Below are positions 19,917 through 29,276 of a DNA stretch of 64,000 nt, in pieces (position 1 is the stretch's first letter; each line of letters opens with the position of its first letter). The notes beneath the pieces were generated by a model, which saw nothing but the letters and a program-made list of their open reading frames with translations, had not been told where the DNA came from and made no database searches. Made by a program: the position numbers and the translations under genes. Source of the DNA: a phage; sequence record PZ445436.1; one strand, written 5' to 3'.

Positions 19917-20519
19917 TTATAGATTAAATCCTTCAAAATCAAGAGTATAGATAGTGTATGTTGAATACTTTTTATACTCATATCTATCCGCAATTCTAAA
20001 TACACTTCCAGCTGGTATCATTACTTCCTGTTCATCTGAAACTAATTCCATATTACGATAACGATGACTATCCGGAAACTTAAAGTTTGGATTGTATTCT
20101 TTACAGCGTAGAGCTTTTATAGCATACTCCTGGAAATTGAATACCATAGGAGCTTTGAATTCAAAAATAACTTGTGTGTTATATTCTAAACCAGAAGCAA
20201 AATGTAGAGCTATATTTTTATCATATGAAGCTGATACTACTTTATCAAATGTAATAATATCAATTCCTTGATTTAATACTTGTTTAGTCTCAGCTGGAAC
20301 ACCTCTCCAAAGAGGTTTATCGTTTGGTTCCAAACGAGATTTGATTATTTCATTTAACCAAGTATGGTCATCTGGTTTATTAGTAATACAATGAATTAAA
20401 AGTTCAATTTCAGATAAATTAAACCCTTCAGAAAGTAATTCTTCACGAATAGAAGCACGCACCGATGCATCCATTGATTTTATTTTAAAATCTTTTAGTT
20501 GCATTACTGAGTATTTCAT
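19917..20519 (-). CDS. modA: ADP-ribosyltransferase ModA (assigned by size, 200 aa)
   Basis: Adjacent 200-aa and 207-aa paralogous ORFs match T4 ModA/ModB lengths and position. Confidence 0.55.
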   Translation of the reverse strand: MKYSVMQLKDFKIKSMDASVRASIREELLSEGFNLSEIELLIHCITNKPDDHTWLNEIIKSRLEPNDKPLWRGVPAETKQVLNQGIDIITFDKVVSASYDKNIALHFASGLEYNTQVIFEFKAPMVFNFQEYAIKALRCKEYNPNFKFPDSHRYRNMELVSDEQEVMIPAGSVFRIADRYEYKKYSTYTIYTLDFEGFNL

Positions 20520-21139
20520 TCAACTACCTCAATATCATAAACTTTAAATGTTCCAAATGAATCGTGTAATTTTTCTTTTGAAATAGAAGTTATTCTATAC
20601 TTTCCAATTGGAATCATCCATTCCTGTTCACGCACAATCATCATTAAGTTATCAGTACGCTCTGAATCTAATCCATCAGTATCTTCATACGTGTACTTAA
20701 ACTCAGTATTAGGAGAAGAAAGTATAATATCGCTGATATGGTCAGAATAATTAAAAGCTTTATTAGTTTTTAAGCGAAGTATTATTTTAGTAAAATATTC
20801 AGCGTAAGAAAAAGAACATGCTGTGAGCAAACTAGTAGTAAATGAATCTACTCTATTCGTTGAAAACACTTCTCCAACTTGTAAATCTTTAATAAGTTCT
20901 TCTGTTGATTTTGATATACCACGATATAACTGATAAGGCGATTTAGTTAAATGCTTTTTAATGATTTTATTCAATTGCCGATGAAGAGCTTCATTCTTTT
21001 TAGCTTCCATACATTGCCAAAGAACAGACTGCTCAAAATCAGTAAATTTTTCACAGACCTTTTTATACATATCATATTGAAAATCGACGCTTTCAGCTTT
21101 TATAGATAACTGTTCAACATCTGCAAGATTAATAATCAT
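20516..21139 (-). CDS. modB: ADP-ribosyltransferase ModB (assigned by size, 207 aa)
   Basis: As above; 4-nt overlap with modA. Confidence 0.55.
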   Translation of the reverse strand: MIINLADVEQLSIKAESVDFQYDMYKKVCEKFTDFEQSVLWQCMEAKKNEALHRQLNKIIKKHLTKSPYQLYRGISKSTEELIKDLQVGEVFSTNRVDSFTTSLLTACSFSYAEYFTKIILRLKTNKAFNYSDHISDIILSSPNTEFKYTYEDTDGLDSERTDNLMMIVREQEWMIPIGKYRITSISKEKLHDSFGTFKVYDIEVVE

Positions 21140-21163
21140 GATAGCCTCCGTATACTTCAGAAG

Positions 21164-21197
21164 CTATCATATCATCGTTAGAAAGGAAAGTAAACAA
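21164..21197 (-). promoter_or_regulatory. Early promoter for modB/modA
   Basis: GTTTAC (21190-21195), 18 bp, TATGAT (21166-21171). Confidence 0.5.
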
Positions 21198-21206
21198 CTT
21201 TTTGAA

Positions 21207-21389
21207 TTATTTTGCCCAGGGAGCCCAAGGCGGAGGGTCAAGATGGTATGAAGCTAGTTCTTCTAGAAGAGCATCTGGGGCTTCAATTCCATAATTCTGT
21301 AATACTATACGGTATTCTTTCTTATAATCACTAGAATCATTCTGGATATTCGTAGAATGATTATCTTCTAACATCTCAAATAAATCCAT
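21207..21389 (-). CDS. Hypothetical protein (60 aa)
   Basis: ORF track. Confidence 0.4.
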   Translation of the reverse strand: MDLFEMLEDNHSTNIQNDSSDYKKEYRIVLQNYGIEAPDALLEELASYHLDPPPWAPWAK

Positions 21390-21397
21390 ACTAATTC

Positions 21398-21868
21398 CTA
21401 GCGATAAAAACCAAATTGACGATTAGCTTCAATAATCTTTCTTTCTTCTTCGGACATTCTCCAACGTAGTCCAACATCAAAATGAGCCCAGACCATCTTA
21501 ACAAATGCATTTATATCTTTAATATCTTCAATAATGAATGTTTTACTTTTAGAAGGTTGACTCGCTAATTTAACTTTATCGTCTTCAAACATGTCAAAAA
21601 GACCATATTCATGAGCTCTTTTATAGCCTTTAATAGTTAAAGCTTCGGAAGAAGAAAACGGTGAATCAGTATTCTGTAAAATATCTTCAGTATGCTTTAT
21701 AATTAGAATAACATTTTCTGGATATTTTCTTTCTTTTATATCTTTAATTAAAAAATCCGGATTTTCTGCTAAAGGAATAATTAATGAGCATTTTTTATCA
21801 AGTGTATTTACTGATTTACCTTCTTTGGACATAAATTCTATTGAATATAATTTTGCTACTTCAATCAT
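21398..21868 (-). CDS. Hypothetical protein (156 aa)
   Basis: ORF track. Confidence 0.5.
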   Translation of the reverse strand: MIEVAKLYSIEFMSKEGKSVNTLDKKCSLIIPLAENPDFLIKDIKERKYPENVILIIKHTEDILQNTDSPFSSSEALTIKGYKRAHEYGLFDMFEDDKVKLASQPSKSKTFIIEDIKDINAFVKMVWAHFDVGLRWRMSEEERKIIEANRQFGFYR

Positions 21869-22021
21869 GTGATTTCCTTTTGCCTACTAATGGACCGTCA
21901 GGAATTTTATTTTCCTGGATATACTTCTCATTTTCTTCCATCATTTTACTGCCAATTTTAAGAAGCAAATCCAAGGCTTCATTTGCTTTAGCCTTTGCCT
22001 CTTCTAACGTCATATCTTTGC

Positions 22022-22225
22022 TCATGATTTATCACCATAGATGTCTCTCATCAATTTAAGCGCTGAGAGTTCTAATTTCTTTTCTTTCTCAGCACTAATC
22101 ATTGATTTCATCCATTCTTCCGATTCGTTCTGCATTTCTTTATTTGCTTGTTCAACCCAACCATCATCAATATACATTGAGTTTGGTCTATTGAACCATT
22201 CAAGAATCTTCTTGAGAGCTTTCAT
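22022..22225 (-). CDS. Hypothetical protein (67 aa)
   Basis: ORF track. Confidence 0.4.
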   Translation of the reverse strand: MKALKKILEWFNRPNSMYIDDGWVEQANKEMQNESEEWMKSMISAEKEKKLELSALKLMRDIYGDKS

Positions 22226-22685
22226 TTATTTTACCTAAAACGATAGTATGGACACCGTCAAATTCATGAATTTTTAGCAAATTTGGATTTAAATTATTCC
22301 ATAAAGAGGTAATAAAATATGATAGCGCACTTTCGTCCGTAATTATAAATTTATTTCCCTTATCAATTTTCCAGTCATATATTGAATCATATGAATAGAA
22401 GGATAACGGTTTATTATTATAGTATGCTTCAGCAACATCAATATAGTTAGATTTAGTAAATGCTTGAATTGCCATAAATGGAGAATTTTGTACAGTTTCA
22501 ATAATTCCGATCTTTTTAAGTTTTATTTCAACATCTTCTGGAACTGGCATTGAAATAAAATCTTCTACTAGATACATGTCATTGTCATATCTTTTATCAA
22601 TCATTACTGCTACTGTAATTGGAACATCCTTGACAAACGCCATATTAATACTATTGATAGACATTTCAAACAAAATCGCTTCCAT
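22200..22685 (-). CDS. Hypothetical protein (161 aa; start refined to MEAILFEMS...)
   Basis: ATG 22683-22685 with SD GAGGAAAATT. Confidence 0.5.
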   Translation of the reverse strand: MEAILFEMSINSINMAFVKDVPITVAVMIDKRYDNDMYLVEDFISMPVPEDVEIKLKKIGIIETVQNSPFMAIQAFTKSNYIDVAEAYYNNKPLSFYSYDSIYDWKIDKGNKFIITDESALSYFITSLWNNLNPNLLKIHEFDGVHTIVLGKINESSQEDS

Positions 22686-22693
22686 AATTTTCC

Positions 22694-23035
22694 TCAATCG
22701 CAAGATGTAGATGAACAACTAGAATCACAAGAACTTCCACATGAATCGCCCGTCCATACATGAACAGGAACATTGGTGTCATATGAATCAGAACTAGACT
22801 GTGTATTCTGTGCATTAGATGATGTAGTAGGTACTGACCAGCGCCAAGGATTTTTATAATATTCTTGGGCTTCTTCATAAGTCATAGTAACTGCTTCTAC
22901 TGTTCCATCTCCCATATAAACATATTCAACTACAGTTAAAGGAAGATAGTCATTTGAAATAGGAACTACACCTTCTCCCGGAGTTGTAGAGAAAAAATCT
23001 GTAAAGAAATTTTTAAACAAATTAAAGATAAACAT
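22694..23035 (-). CDS. Hypothetical protein (113 aa) with Cys/Ser-rich C-terminal tail
   Basis: ORF track; tail [16 protein letters not shown]. Confidence 0.45.
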   Translation of the reverse strand: MFIFNLFKNFFTDFFSTTPGEGVVPISNDYLPLTVVEYVYMGDGTVEAVTMTYEEAQEYYKNPWRWSVPTTSSNAQNTQSSSDSYDTNVPVHVWTGDSCGSSCDSSCSSTSCD

Positions 23036-23241
23036 TACAAAAAGCCTCTTTTGAATTCGACTTGCTTCTCACCATAATCATATCGAATCTCTGCGTTAAA
23101 TTCAACAGAACCATCTGCGTACATCATAAATGAATGCACAACAACTTCTGTAGACCATGGTTGCAATTCATATTTCTTCATTACATGCCGTGAAATGATA
23201 ATATCTAAATCTTCATTTGGTTTAATCCAACGATTTAACAT
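23035..23241 (-). CDS. Hypothetical protein (68 aa)
   Basis: ORF track. Confidence 0.45.
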   Translation of the reverse strand: MLNRWIKPNEDLDIIISRHVMKKYELQPWSTEVVVHSFMMYADGSVEFNAEIRYDYGEKQVEFKRGFL

Positions 23242-23265
23242 AGTGCTCTCCTCTATAAGATAATT

Positions 23266-23299
23266 CTATTATACCATACTCATTTTGATATGTAAACTG
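23266..23299 (-). promoter_or_regulatory. Early promoter
   Basis: GTTTAC (23292-23297), 18 bp, TATAAT (23268-23273), SD GGAG. Confidence 0.5.
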
Positions 23300-23302
23300 C
23301 AA

Positions 23303-23334
23303 AAACGAAAAAAGGAACCCCGAAGGATTCCTTA
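23303..23334 (-). terminator. Terminator-like hairpin
   Basis: GGAACCCCGAAGGATTCC imperfect stem followed on the minus strand by a U-rich run. Confidence 0.4.
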
Positions 23335-23338
23335 AATT

Positions 23339-23596
23339 TTAACCACCAATACCTGGAGTTGGCGTAACAGTCCAAAGACCTTCATTAGCAGTGATCCATT
23401 CAGTACGCTGATTTTCTTCATATACTGTAGAATATGCTGCTTTTTCAGAAGGGAATGTCTGATAATGAGCACCAGAAATTTTGTGAACATCAGAATAAAG
23501 AGGGAAAGCTACAGAAATTTCTTTACCCTGAATTGTACCACCATCAACTGCTTGGTCAAATGTTTTGATATTAACATAACCGCGAGTACTAGCCAT
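23339..23596 (-). CDS. Hypothetical protein (85 aa)
   Basis: ORF track. Confidence 0.45.
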   Translation of the reverse strand: MASTRGYVNIKTFDQAVDGGTIQGKEISVAFPLYSDVHKISGAHYQTFPSEKAAYSTVYEENQRTEWITANEGLWTVTPTPGIGG

Positions 23597-23612
23597 GTAA
23601 TTCTCCTTTTAT

Positions 23613-23822
23613 TTAAATTACATGATTATTTATAATAAATTCTCGCGGAACGTTAAAATACCCGATTTTAGTTAATATAACAACATCACCGTTAATAATT
23701 ACCGGAGAATAATCTTCTGGAGCATTAAATTTCCAATGGGCTCTAATATTATATCCATCAGAACCAAATGCTCGAGTAGCCGGTCTCCCGGCTTTTTGCC
23801 ACGCGTAGAAATCAAATTTCAT
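23613..23822 (-). CDS. Hypothetical protein (69 aa)
   Basis: ORF track. Confidence 0.45.
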   Translation of the reverse strand: MKFDFYAWQKAGRPATRAFGSDGYNIRAHWKFNAPEDYSPVIINGDVVILTKIGYFNVPREFIINNHVI

Positions 23823-24013
23823 TTTGAATGATCTATAATTAATTTTAAATCTTCTTCACTGACAAAAATTTCGTCAGGACCTTCTATAACTTCAACCATA
23901 CGAAGTTGATTAGTTAAGAGCTCACATACGAGCTCCTTGTTATAATCTTTAAATAGCTGGTCAATACGTTTCTTATGGGCTTTCTTAAGCTGACGCTTAT
24001 TTAAACGAGCCAT
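23819..24013 (-). CDS. Hypothetical protein (64 aa)
   Basis: ORF track. Confidence 0.45.
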   Translation of the reverse strand: MARLNKRQLKKAHKKRIDQLFKDYNKELVCELLTNQLRMVEVIEGPDEIFVSEEDLKLIIDHSK

Positions 24014-24531
24014 TAATAACCTCGGTCTTGACGAGCGAAGTTTTCAGCATTTTTCAGGTAATAAAGTTTAAAGATTTCTTCAGCTGACATTCCAAGAGCA
24101 ATAAATTTATTCATGAAAAAGTGAAATTGATCAATCAGTTCAAATTTAATTTCAAGTTGATCTTCAGGAGATAAGTCTTGAATTTTCTTGGATTGCATTT
24201 CAGAATAACGTTTCTTCCAAGGTTTCCATACAGCAGAAGCTTCTTTTTCACCATTACTCATACCACCAAGAGAAGTATATAGCTCGCGAGTTTCGTCTGC
24301 AATATAATCGTCTTGGTTTCGCAACCAAGCAAGAACTTCTCCTGCAGTTTCAAGTGAATCAGGATGACGATTTGTTTCTGGTTTATCATTAGCCAAACGA
24401 ATCTGTAAATGCCGCTGCATATCAAGCATAACCTGCAGTGGGTCAATATTGTGCATAATATTCTCAGCATATGCACGATTTGCTTTATCAACACCTTCGA
24501 TCAAATGAGCACATTCATTAAAGTGAGCCAT
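24013..24531 (-). CDS. Hypothetical protein (172 aa; start refined to MAHFNECAHL...); possible all-alpha NTP pyrophosphohydrolase (MazG-like) fold
   Basis: ATG 24529-24531 with SD AAAGGA; acidic E..GE...DE stretch; fold assignment is a guess. Confidence 0.5.
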   Translation of the reverse strand: MAHFNECAHLIEGVDKANRAYAENIMHNIDPLQVMLDMQRHLQIRLANDKPETNRHPDSLETAGEVLAWLRNQDDYIADETRELYTSLGGMSNGEKEASAVWKPWKKRYSEMQSKKIQDLSPEDQLEIKFELIDQFHFFMNKFIALGMSAEEIFKLYYLKNAENFARQDRGY

Positions 24532-24602
24532 TATTTTTCCTTTCAATTCATGGGTTAGTAGATTAATTATACAATAAATATATAAAGCAATAAGGAGGAC
24601 AT

Positions 24603-24803
24603 ATGGTACAAAAATTAATGGCACTTGTTAATGCCATCAAAGGTAATAAAAAGCGTATAGCTTTTACTATTTCTGCTATGGTAGGAATTTTACTCTGGAA
24701 CTTTATTTTATCACCTGTTGCAATTGCACATGGTATTAATATTCCAGTAGTTACTCTTGATACATTCGTAGATTTAGCATTTGCTTTAGTTGGGTTAATT
24801 TAA
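24603..24803 (+). CDS. Small hydrophobic protein (66 aa) on the plus strand, convergent with gene 61
   Basis: Strong SD AAGGAGG 4 nt before ATG; stop shares the TTAA tetranucleotide with the gene 61 stop; predicted TM helix. Confidence 0.45.
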   Translation: MVQKLMALVNAIKGNKKRIAFTISAMVGILLWNFILSPVAIAHGINIPVVTLDTFVDLAFALVGLI

Positions 24804-25828
24804 ATCTTGGCATATTTAGATAGCCGCATTTTAGCCATCAACCCCTGCGCAATATTATTTTTCATATATTCCATAATTTGTTCAGGGGTTGCACCTTCCT
24901 TTCTAATCATATCATTAACATCTTTTGATTTCCAGGGAGATTTATCCCAAAACATAACCCTTTCTCCTGCATCAACTAATTTAGTCATTCGCTTAATAGT
25001 GTCAGGATGACGAGGTTCATTATCTAAAACCCACACTCGTCTATCTTTAAATGGAACAACTTCTAGGTCTAATTGACCACCTGTAATAGCTATACCATTT
25101 TCAATAAAAAGTGAATCTATAGGTCCTTCTAGAACATATACATCACCATCTTTAACTCGTTCAACACCGTAAATTTTTGTTGCCTCAGGATAAGCTTTAA
25201 TGGTGATATATTTTTGAGGAGCATCTTTCTTTAATGCACGTCCTTGAAAAGACTCAGCTTTTCCATTAGCATTATAAATTGGAATAACAAGACGAGGCTC
25301 AGAAATTTCCTTTTTGTATGTTCCCGGTGCTATGCTATTAACTAATTTAGGCCATTCGGTTGTAAACCAAAGATATTTCCATTTATCCTTTGGAATACAA
25401 CGAGCTTTTACATATTTTATAATTGGATGGTCTTCCGCCAGTTTATCTAATCTAACACATGACGGAAGAGATTTAATTATTTTCTTCTCAGGTTGCTTAG
25501 GAAGTTCTTTAGGTTTTTCTACTGGACGACTTTTACCTTTTTCTTTTCTTATTTCAAAGATATACTCACGATATAAATCAGGTTCAAACTCCTTTAAATA
25601 TATTCCTATCGGTGCATGATAGTTACAGTTATAACAATGAATATTTCCTTCATTATTATCACCATAATACCATCCACGAGCTTTATTCTGGTCGGTTTTT
25701 GAATCTCCACAAACAGGGCATCTAAACCGCAATTTAAAAGTTGAACTATTATTTACTTGTGTGAATTTAGGTAAATGAGCTAATGCACGGTATGCAAACT
25801 CATTATCAATCCAAGGTATTGATGACAT
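24800..25828 (-). CDS. 61: DNA primase (gp61)
   Basis: 342 aa as in T4 gp61; N-terminal zinc ribbon (CPVCGDS...CYNC) and TOPRIM region. Confidence 0.88.
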   Translation of the reverse strand: MSSIPWIDNEFAYRALAHLPKFTQVNNSSTFKLRFRCPVCGDSKTDQNKARGWYYGDNNEGNIHCYNCNYHAPIGIYLKEFEPDLYREYIFEIRKEKGKSRPVEKPKELPKQPEKKIIKSLPSCVRLDKLAEDHPIIKYVKARCIPKDKWKYLWFTTEWPKLVNSIAPGTYKKEISEPRLVIPIYNANGKAESFQGRALKKDAPQKYITIKAYPEATKIYGVERVKDGDVYVLEGPIDSLFIENGIAITGGQLDLEVVPFKDRRVWVLDNEPRHPDTIKRMTKLVDAGERVMFWDKSPWKSKDVNDMIRKEGATPEQIMEYMKNNIAQGLMAKMRLSKYAKI

Positions 25829-25830
25829 TT

Positions 25831-25995
25831 TTACTCTTCTTTTTCTTTAGATTCCTCTTTTTTCTTTTTAGGAATCTGTTCAGGACCTTTATTTACTACA
25901 GCACCTGATGTTGTTCCAGTAGAGATATTTTCAGGATTACCACCTGAATCTCCAGCAACCATATCTTCTTTGATAAATTCTTTATATGTTTTCAT
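25831..25995 (-). CDS. Small hydrophilic protein (54 aa), tightly coupled upstream of gene 61; absent from the ORF track
   Basis: Hand translation MKTYKEFIKEDMVAGDSGGNPENISTGTTSGAVVNKGPEQIPKKKKEESKEKEE; stop lies 2 nt before the gp61 ATG. Confidence 0.4.
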   Translation of the reverse strand: MKTYKEFIKEDMVAGDSGGNPENISTGTTSGAVVNKGPEQIPKKKKEESKEKEE

Positions 25996-25996
25996 A

Positions 25997-26623
25997 TTAA
26001 CCTCTATTCATAAAAGCATTAAAAATTTGGTCATCAATAGAAACATTTACTTTAGACTGTTTTTCTGATGGTAATTCATATCCACATATTACAATTTTGT
26101 GATCAATATCAAAATACACAGAAGCAATATGATTAATGATGTTTTCAGTAAAGTCTAAATCAACATCAATATCTTTTTGACCACAGCCCAAAGGATAAAT
26201 AATGCGAGTAATTCGATTATCTTTAACAAATATTCCACCGACATACTCTGTGCTGCGTTTAAAGTCTACACGCCGACGAAATGAAAAATATTCAGGCTCT
26301 CTATGAGCTCGGCTCATAGGACACAACGAGTAACTAGAATAAGAGATGTCAAATCCTACGCCTTCAATATGAGCCAAAGTGTCATGATTAAACCAATTAT
26401 AATCGTACGCCAAATCCATTAGATTATAATATGTAAAAGGCACCGGATTAACATCATTAGTCACAAGCATGTAATTAGCAACTGCTATAATTTCATTGTT
26501 TTTAACGAATACAAACCGTGATTGATGCGAATGACCTGGACCCGCGTTTTCACGATTAATGATATAACACTGGGCACCTTTATATTTGTATGTATCTTTG
26601 CATTTGTGCATTTGATAGAGCAT
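25997..26623 (-). CDS. Hypothetical protein (208 aa) in the 41-61 intergenic insert
   Basis: ORF track. Confidence 0.5.
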   Translation of the reverse strand: MLYQMHKCKDTYKYKGAQCYIINRENAGPGHSHQSRFVFVKNNEIIAVANYMLVTNDVNPVPFTYYNLMDLAYDYNWFNHDTLAHIEGVGFDISYSSYSLCPMSRAHREPEYFSFRRRVDFKRSTEYVGGIFVKDNRITRIIYPLGCGQKDIDVDLDFTENIINHIASVYFDIDHKIVICGYELPSEKQSKVNVSIDDQIFNAFMNRG

Positions 26624-26916
26624 TATTCACCTACCACTTCAGCGATGATATTTTTATTATTAAAGTTTTTATCGCAATACAGAACATAATTATACTGCAT
26701 TACACCACCAGACTTAAGCTGTTTTTGCACTTCGGCTTTCATTTCAGGACGATCGCGCTCAACGATATTCATAATATCTGCTTCAATTTGGGTTTCAACT
26801 TCAGTCTGATCCGCAATCATAGACCATTCGCACAAATCTTTATCATAGCCTGCCATAGCAGGCTGAGCAGCACAAGAAGCTAAAGCAAAAATTGTAGCAA
26901 AGATAAATTTTTTCAT
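26623..26916 (-). CDS. Putative lipoprotein (97 aa)
   Basis: Signal peptide with lipobox LASC (MKKFIFATIFALASCAAQ...). Confidence 0.5.
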   Translation of the reverse strand: MKKFIFATIFALASCAAQPAMAGYDKDLCEWSMIADQTEVETQIEADIMNIVERDRPEMKAEVQKQLKSGGVMQYNYVLYCDKNFNNKNIIAEVVGE

Positions 26917-26976
26917 GATAATCTCCTCAGTAGTTTATGTTTATATAGTATCTCAATTTCCAATAAAAGTAAACAG

Positions 26977-27276
26977 TTATTTTAAAATTTTTGCATAATC
27001 ACATGTTACAAACTGTTTCTCTAGCTTGACGATTTTACGAAAGTATCTTTTGCATTGGCGAATCTGTCGCTTCGTAGGACGTACAGCAAACTTAATAAAT
27101 TCCACTCGACCAAATGGAGGGCTTTCTTCTGCTGGAATATCTAACACCAATTCCCACGTATCTGCAATAAGTGCTTTGAATTGCGTATTTTTCCTGACGT
27201 TATACGGAGTAGGTTTAAATAAAACAATATGCATATTATCCTCGGCAATCCACTTCACATACTTTCTTGTCATCAA
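26977..27276 (-). CDS. Hypothetical basic protein (99 aa)
   Basis: ORF track. Confidence 0.45.
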   Translation of the reverse strand: MMTRKYVKWIAEDNMHIVLFKPTPYNVRKNTQFKALIADTWELVLDIPAEESPPFGRVEFIKFAVRPTKRQIRQCKRYFRKIVKLEKQFVTCDYAKILK

Positions 27277-27418
27277 TGAAAGCTTTAACTAATGCTTTAT
27301 TAACTTCAGCATACTGAGTAGTAGCCCATTGAACGTCATCTTTCATCATTGTGGTTTCTTTAGTAAACATGCTTTCATTCTTAAACCACCCCATAAAAAC
27401 TACCTTTACCAATTCCAT
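27236..27418 (-). CDS. Hypothetical protein (60 aa)
   Basis: ORF track. Confidence 0.4.
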   Translation of the reverse strand: MELVKVVFMGWFKNESMFTKETTMMKDDVQWATTQYAEVNKALVKAFIDDKKVCEVDCRG

Positions 27419-27445
27419 AACAATCTCCTCATTTAACCAACAAGA

Positions 27446-27479
27446 CTACTATACCATAGTCTCGTTAGCTTGTAAACTA
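27446..27479 (-). promoter_or_regulatory. Early promoter overlapping the 3' end of gene 41
   Basis: GTTTAC (27472-27477), 18 bp, TATAGT (27448-27453). Confidence 0.5.
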
Positions 27480-28904
27480 AAATTTTAATTCATTCGCCAA
27501 AGCATCTAACTGAGCTCGGGTGGATTCATTTCTTTGATAGCGATTCTGTTCAGCCTGAATCTGCTGTGAACCTGCTACTTCACTCACTTCAGTTGGAGTA
27601 GAATCTTGTTCAATTTCTACCCATTTCTGATTTCCCTTTTGAACACCCATCAAAAACTTATTCCACTTATTCTTATCGCCATATCGTGATTTAATTTGCT
27701 TAATGAGTTGTTGTTCAGCAGCTGCTAGCTCCTCGGTTTCAATGACCGCAAGCATAAAATCAGCTGTTGCTGGAAGACCAGCAGATTCTGCAATATCGCT
27801 CATGTTAACATCAGAAGAATCCCAAGCCTGTTTACCAACCTGTGCTGCAGTCCAAAGAACAGTTTCGGTTTCAACAGCTAGAGCACGCAATTCCTCTGCA
27901 ATAGCTTTAACAGTTGTGTAACTATTTTCTGAATAAACTCGGATGCGACAAGATTTACAAATACCTAGATAGTCGACAATAATGATTGTTGGAACAAAAT
28001 TCTTTTTGAGCTTCAATTCATTCAATAGAGACCTGAATGTGTTAGCATCTGCCCCACCAGTAGGATACTGTTTAACGATTAAACGGCCGAGAGTAGATTT
28101 CTCACGCCATTTTTCCATTTTTCCTTTATACTCAGCGTAAGAAATATGCCCATCATCAATGTCATCAAGAGAAACATCAAGCATATTAGCATCAATACGT
28201 TTAGCACAGACTTCTTCTGCCATTTCCATGGAAATGTAAAGAACATTATGTCCGAGCTGTAAATAATCTGCTGCCAATGAACACAATCCTAATGACTTAC
28301 CAACGTTAACGCCAGCCATTAAAACGTTCAGTGTTCCAGTCTCAGCTCCGCCTTTCGTAATTTTGTTTAGAATTCTGAGTTTAAATGGAACCTTACGAGC
28401 TTTATTCATATAAGATAGCCAACGTGCTTCGTAGTCATCCATCCAATCATGACCAACGTAACTATCAAATGAAATTGATAATGCTTGGCGCATGATGTCA
28501 GGAATAGCACCAACATCCGGCATTTTCTTATTTCGTTTTTCCGGAGGAAGTTCAGCATTAGTTTGAATTTCGATTATTTTAGACGTAGCATTAAACATCG
28601 CCCTTTGCTGAACATATTTTTCTGTTTCTTTTATTAACCAACTGTGGTCTTCCGGAGAATCAGCCAGTTTTGAAATAAGTGTTTTTACACCAGAATATTC
28701 TGTTTCAGTAAATGAACTATTTTCTAATGCAACATTTAACGCATTAATAGATGGAACGCTATGATACTCATTGACATGAGATTTAATTAATTTGAATGTA
28801 TTTTTAGCTGGACCACTTTCAAAATATTCTGAATCCATATATGGCCAAACTTTTGAAAAATAAGCTTGATCAAATATGAGATGAGAAAGAATAATTTCTA
28901 CCAC
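27477..28904 (-). CDS. 41: Replicative DNA helicase (gp41, DnaB family)
   Basis: 475 aa as in T4 gp41; Walker A GVNVGKS. Confidence 0.88.
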   Translation of the reverse strand: MVEIILSHLIFDQAYFSKVWPYMDSEYFESGPAKNTFKLIKSHVNEYHSVPSINALNVALENSSFTETEYSGVKTLISKLADSPEDHSWLIKETEKYVQQRAMFNATSKIIEIQTNAELPPEKRNKKMPDVGAIPDIMRQALSISFDSYVGHDWMDDYEARWLSYMNKARKVPFKLRILNKITKGGAETGTLNVLMAGVNVGKSLGLCSLAADYLQLGHNVLYISMEMAEEVCAKRIDANMLDVSLDDIDDGHISYAEYKGKMEKWREKSTLGRLIVKQYPTGGADANTFRSLLNELKLKKNFVPTIIIVDYLGICKSCRIRVYSENSYTTVKAIAEELRALAVETETVLWTAAQVGKQAWDSSDVNMSDIAESAGLPATADFMLAVIETEELAAAEQQLIKQIKSRYGDKNKWNKFLMGVQKGNQKWVEIEQDSTPTEVSEVAGSQQIQAEQNRYQRNESTRAQLDALANELKF

Positions 28905-28913
28905 ACTTACTCC

Positions 28914-29276
28914 TTAAAAGAATTTAAATTTTTTCTTTGACCTTTTATTAAATGCATCTTGCAGTTGCATTGTAATACATTTTTCTACATGAGGAGCTAA
29001 CTCAGCTTTTCTTTCTTGGTCAAGAACAGCAAAGTCCATTACAACCTTTCCATCAACCCAATCCAGTTTAGTTACATACACTATATGCGTAGAACCATCT
29101 TCTAGTTTAATGACAATCTCCTGGATAACATTTTCCATAGCAGATTTAATTATCTTAAGAGACTCATTAAAAAGACGTTCTTTTCTTTCTTCTTCCCCCT
29201 CCGAAGAGGGGGATTCATCGATAATTTCCAGATCTAAATCTAAATCATCTTTATTCATTAAATTCTTCCATATCAC
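28914..29276 (-). CDS. Hypothetical acidic protein (120 aa) in the gene 40 position
   Basis: ORF track; lies between uvsX and 41. Confidence 0.5.
   Translation of the reverse strand: MIWKNLMNKDDLDLDLEIIDESPSSEGEEERKERLFNESLKIIKSAMENVIQEIVIKLEDGSTHIVYVTKLDWVDGKVVMDFAVLDQERKAELAPHVEKCITMQLQDAFNKRSKKKFKFF

Noticed and set aside
22666-22878. Alternative-frame 70-aa ORF overlapping 22694..23035
   Set aside because: Histidine-rich low-complexity translation without a convincing start context; kept only as an alternative under the Cys/Ser-tail finding
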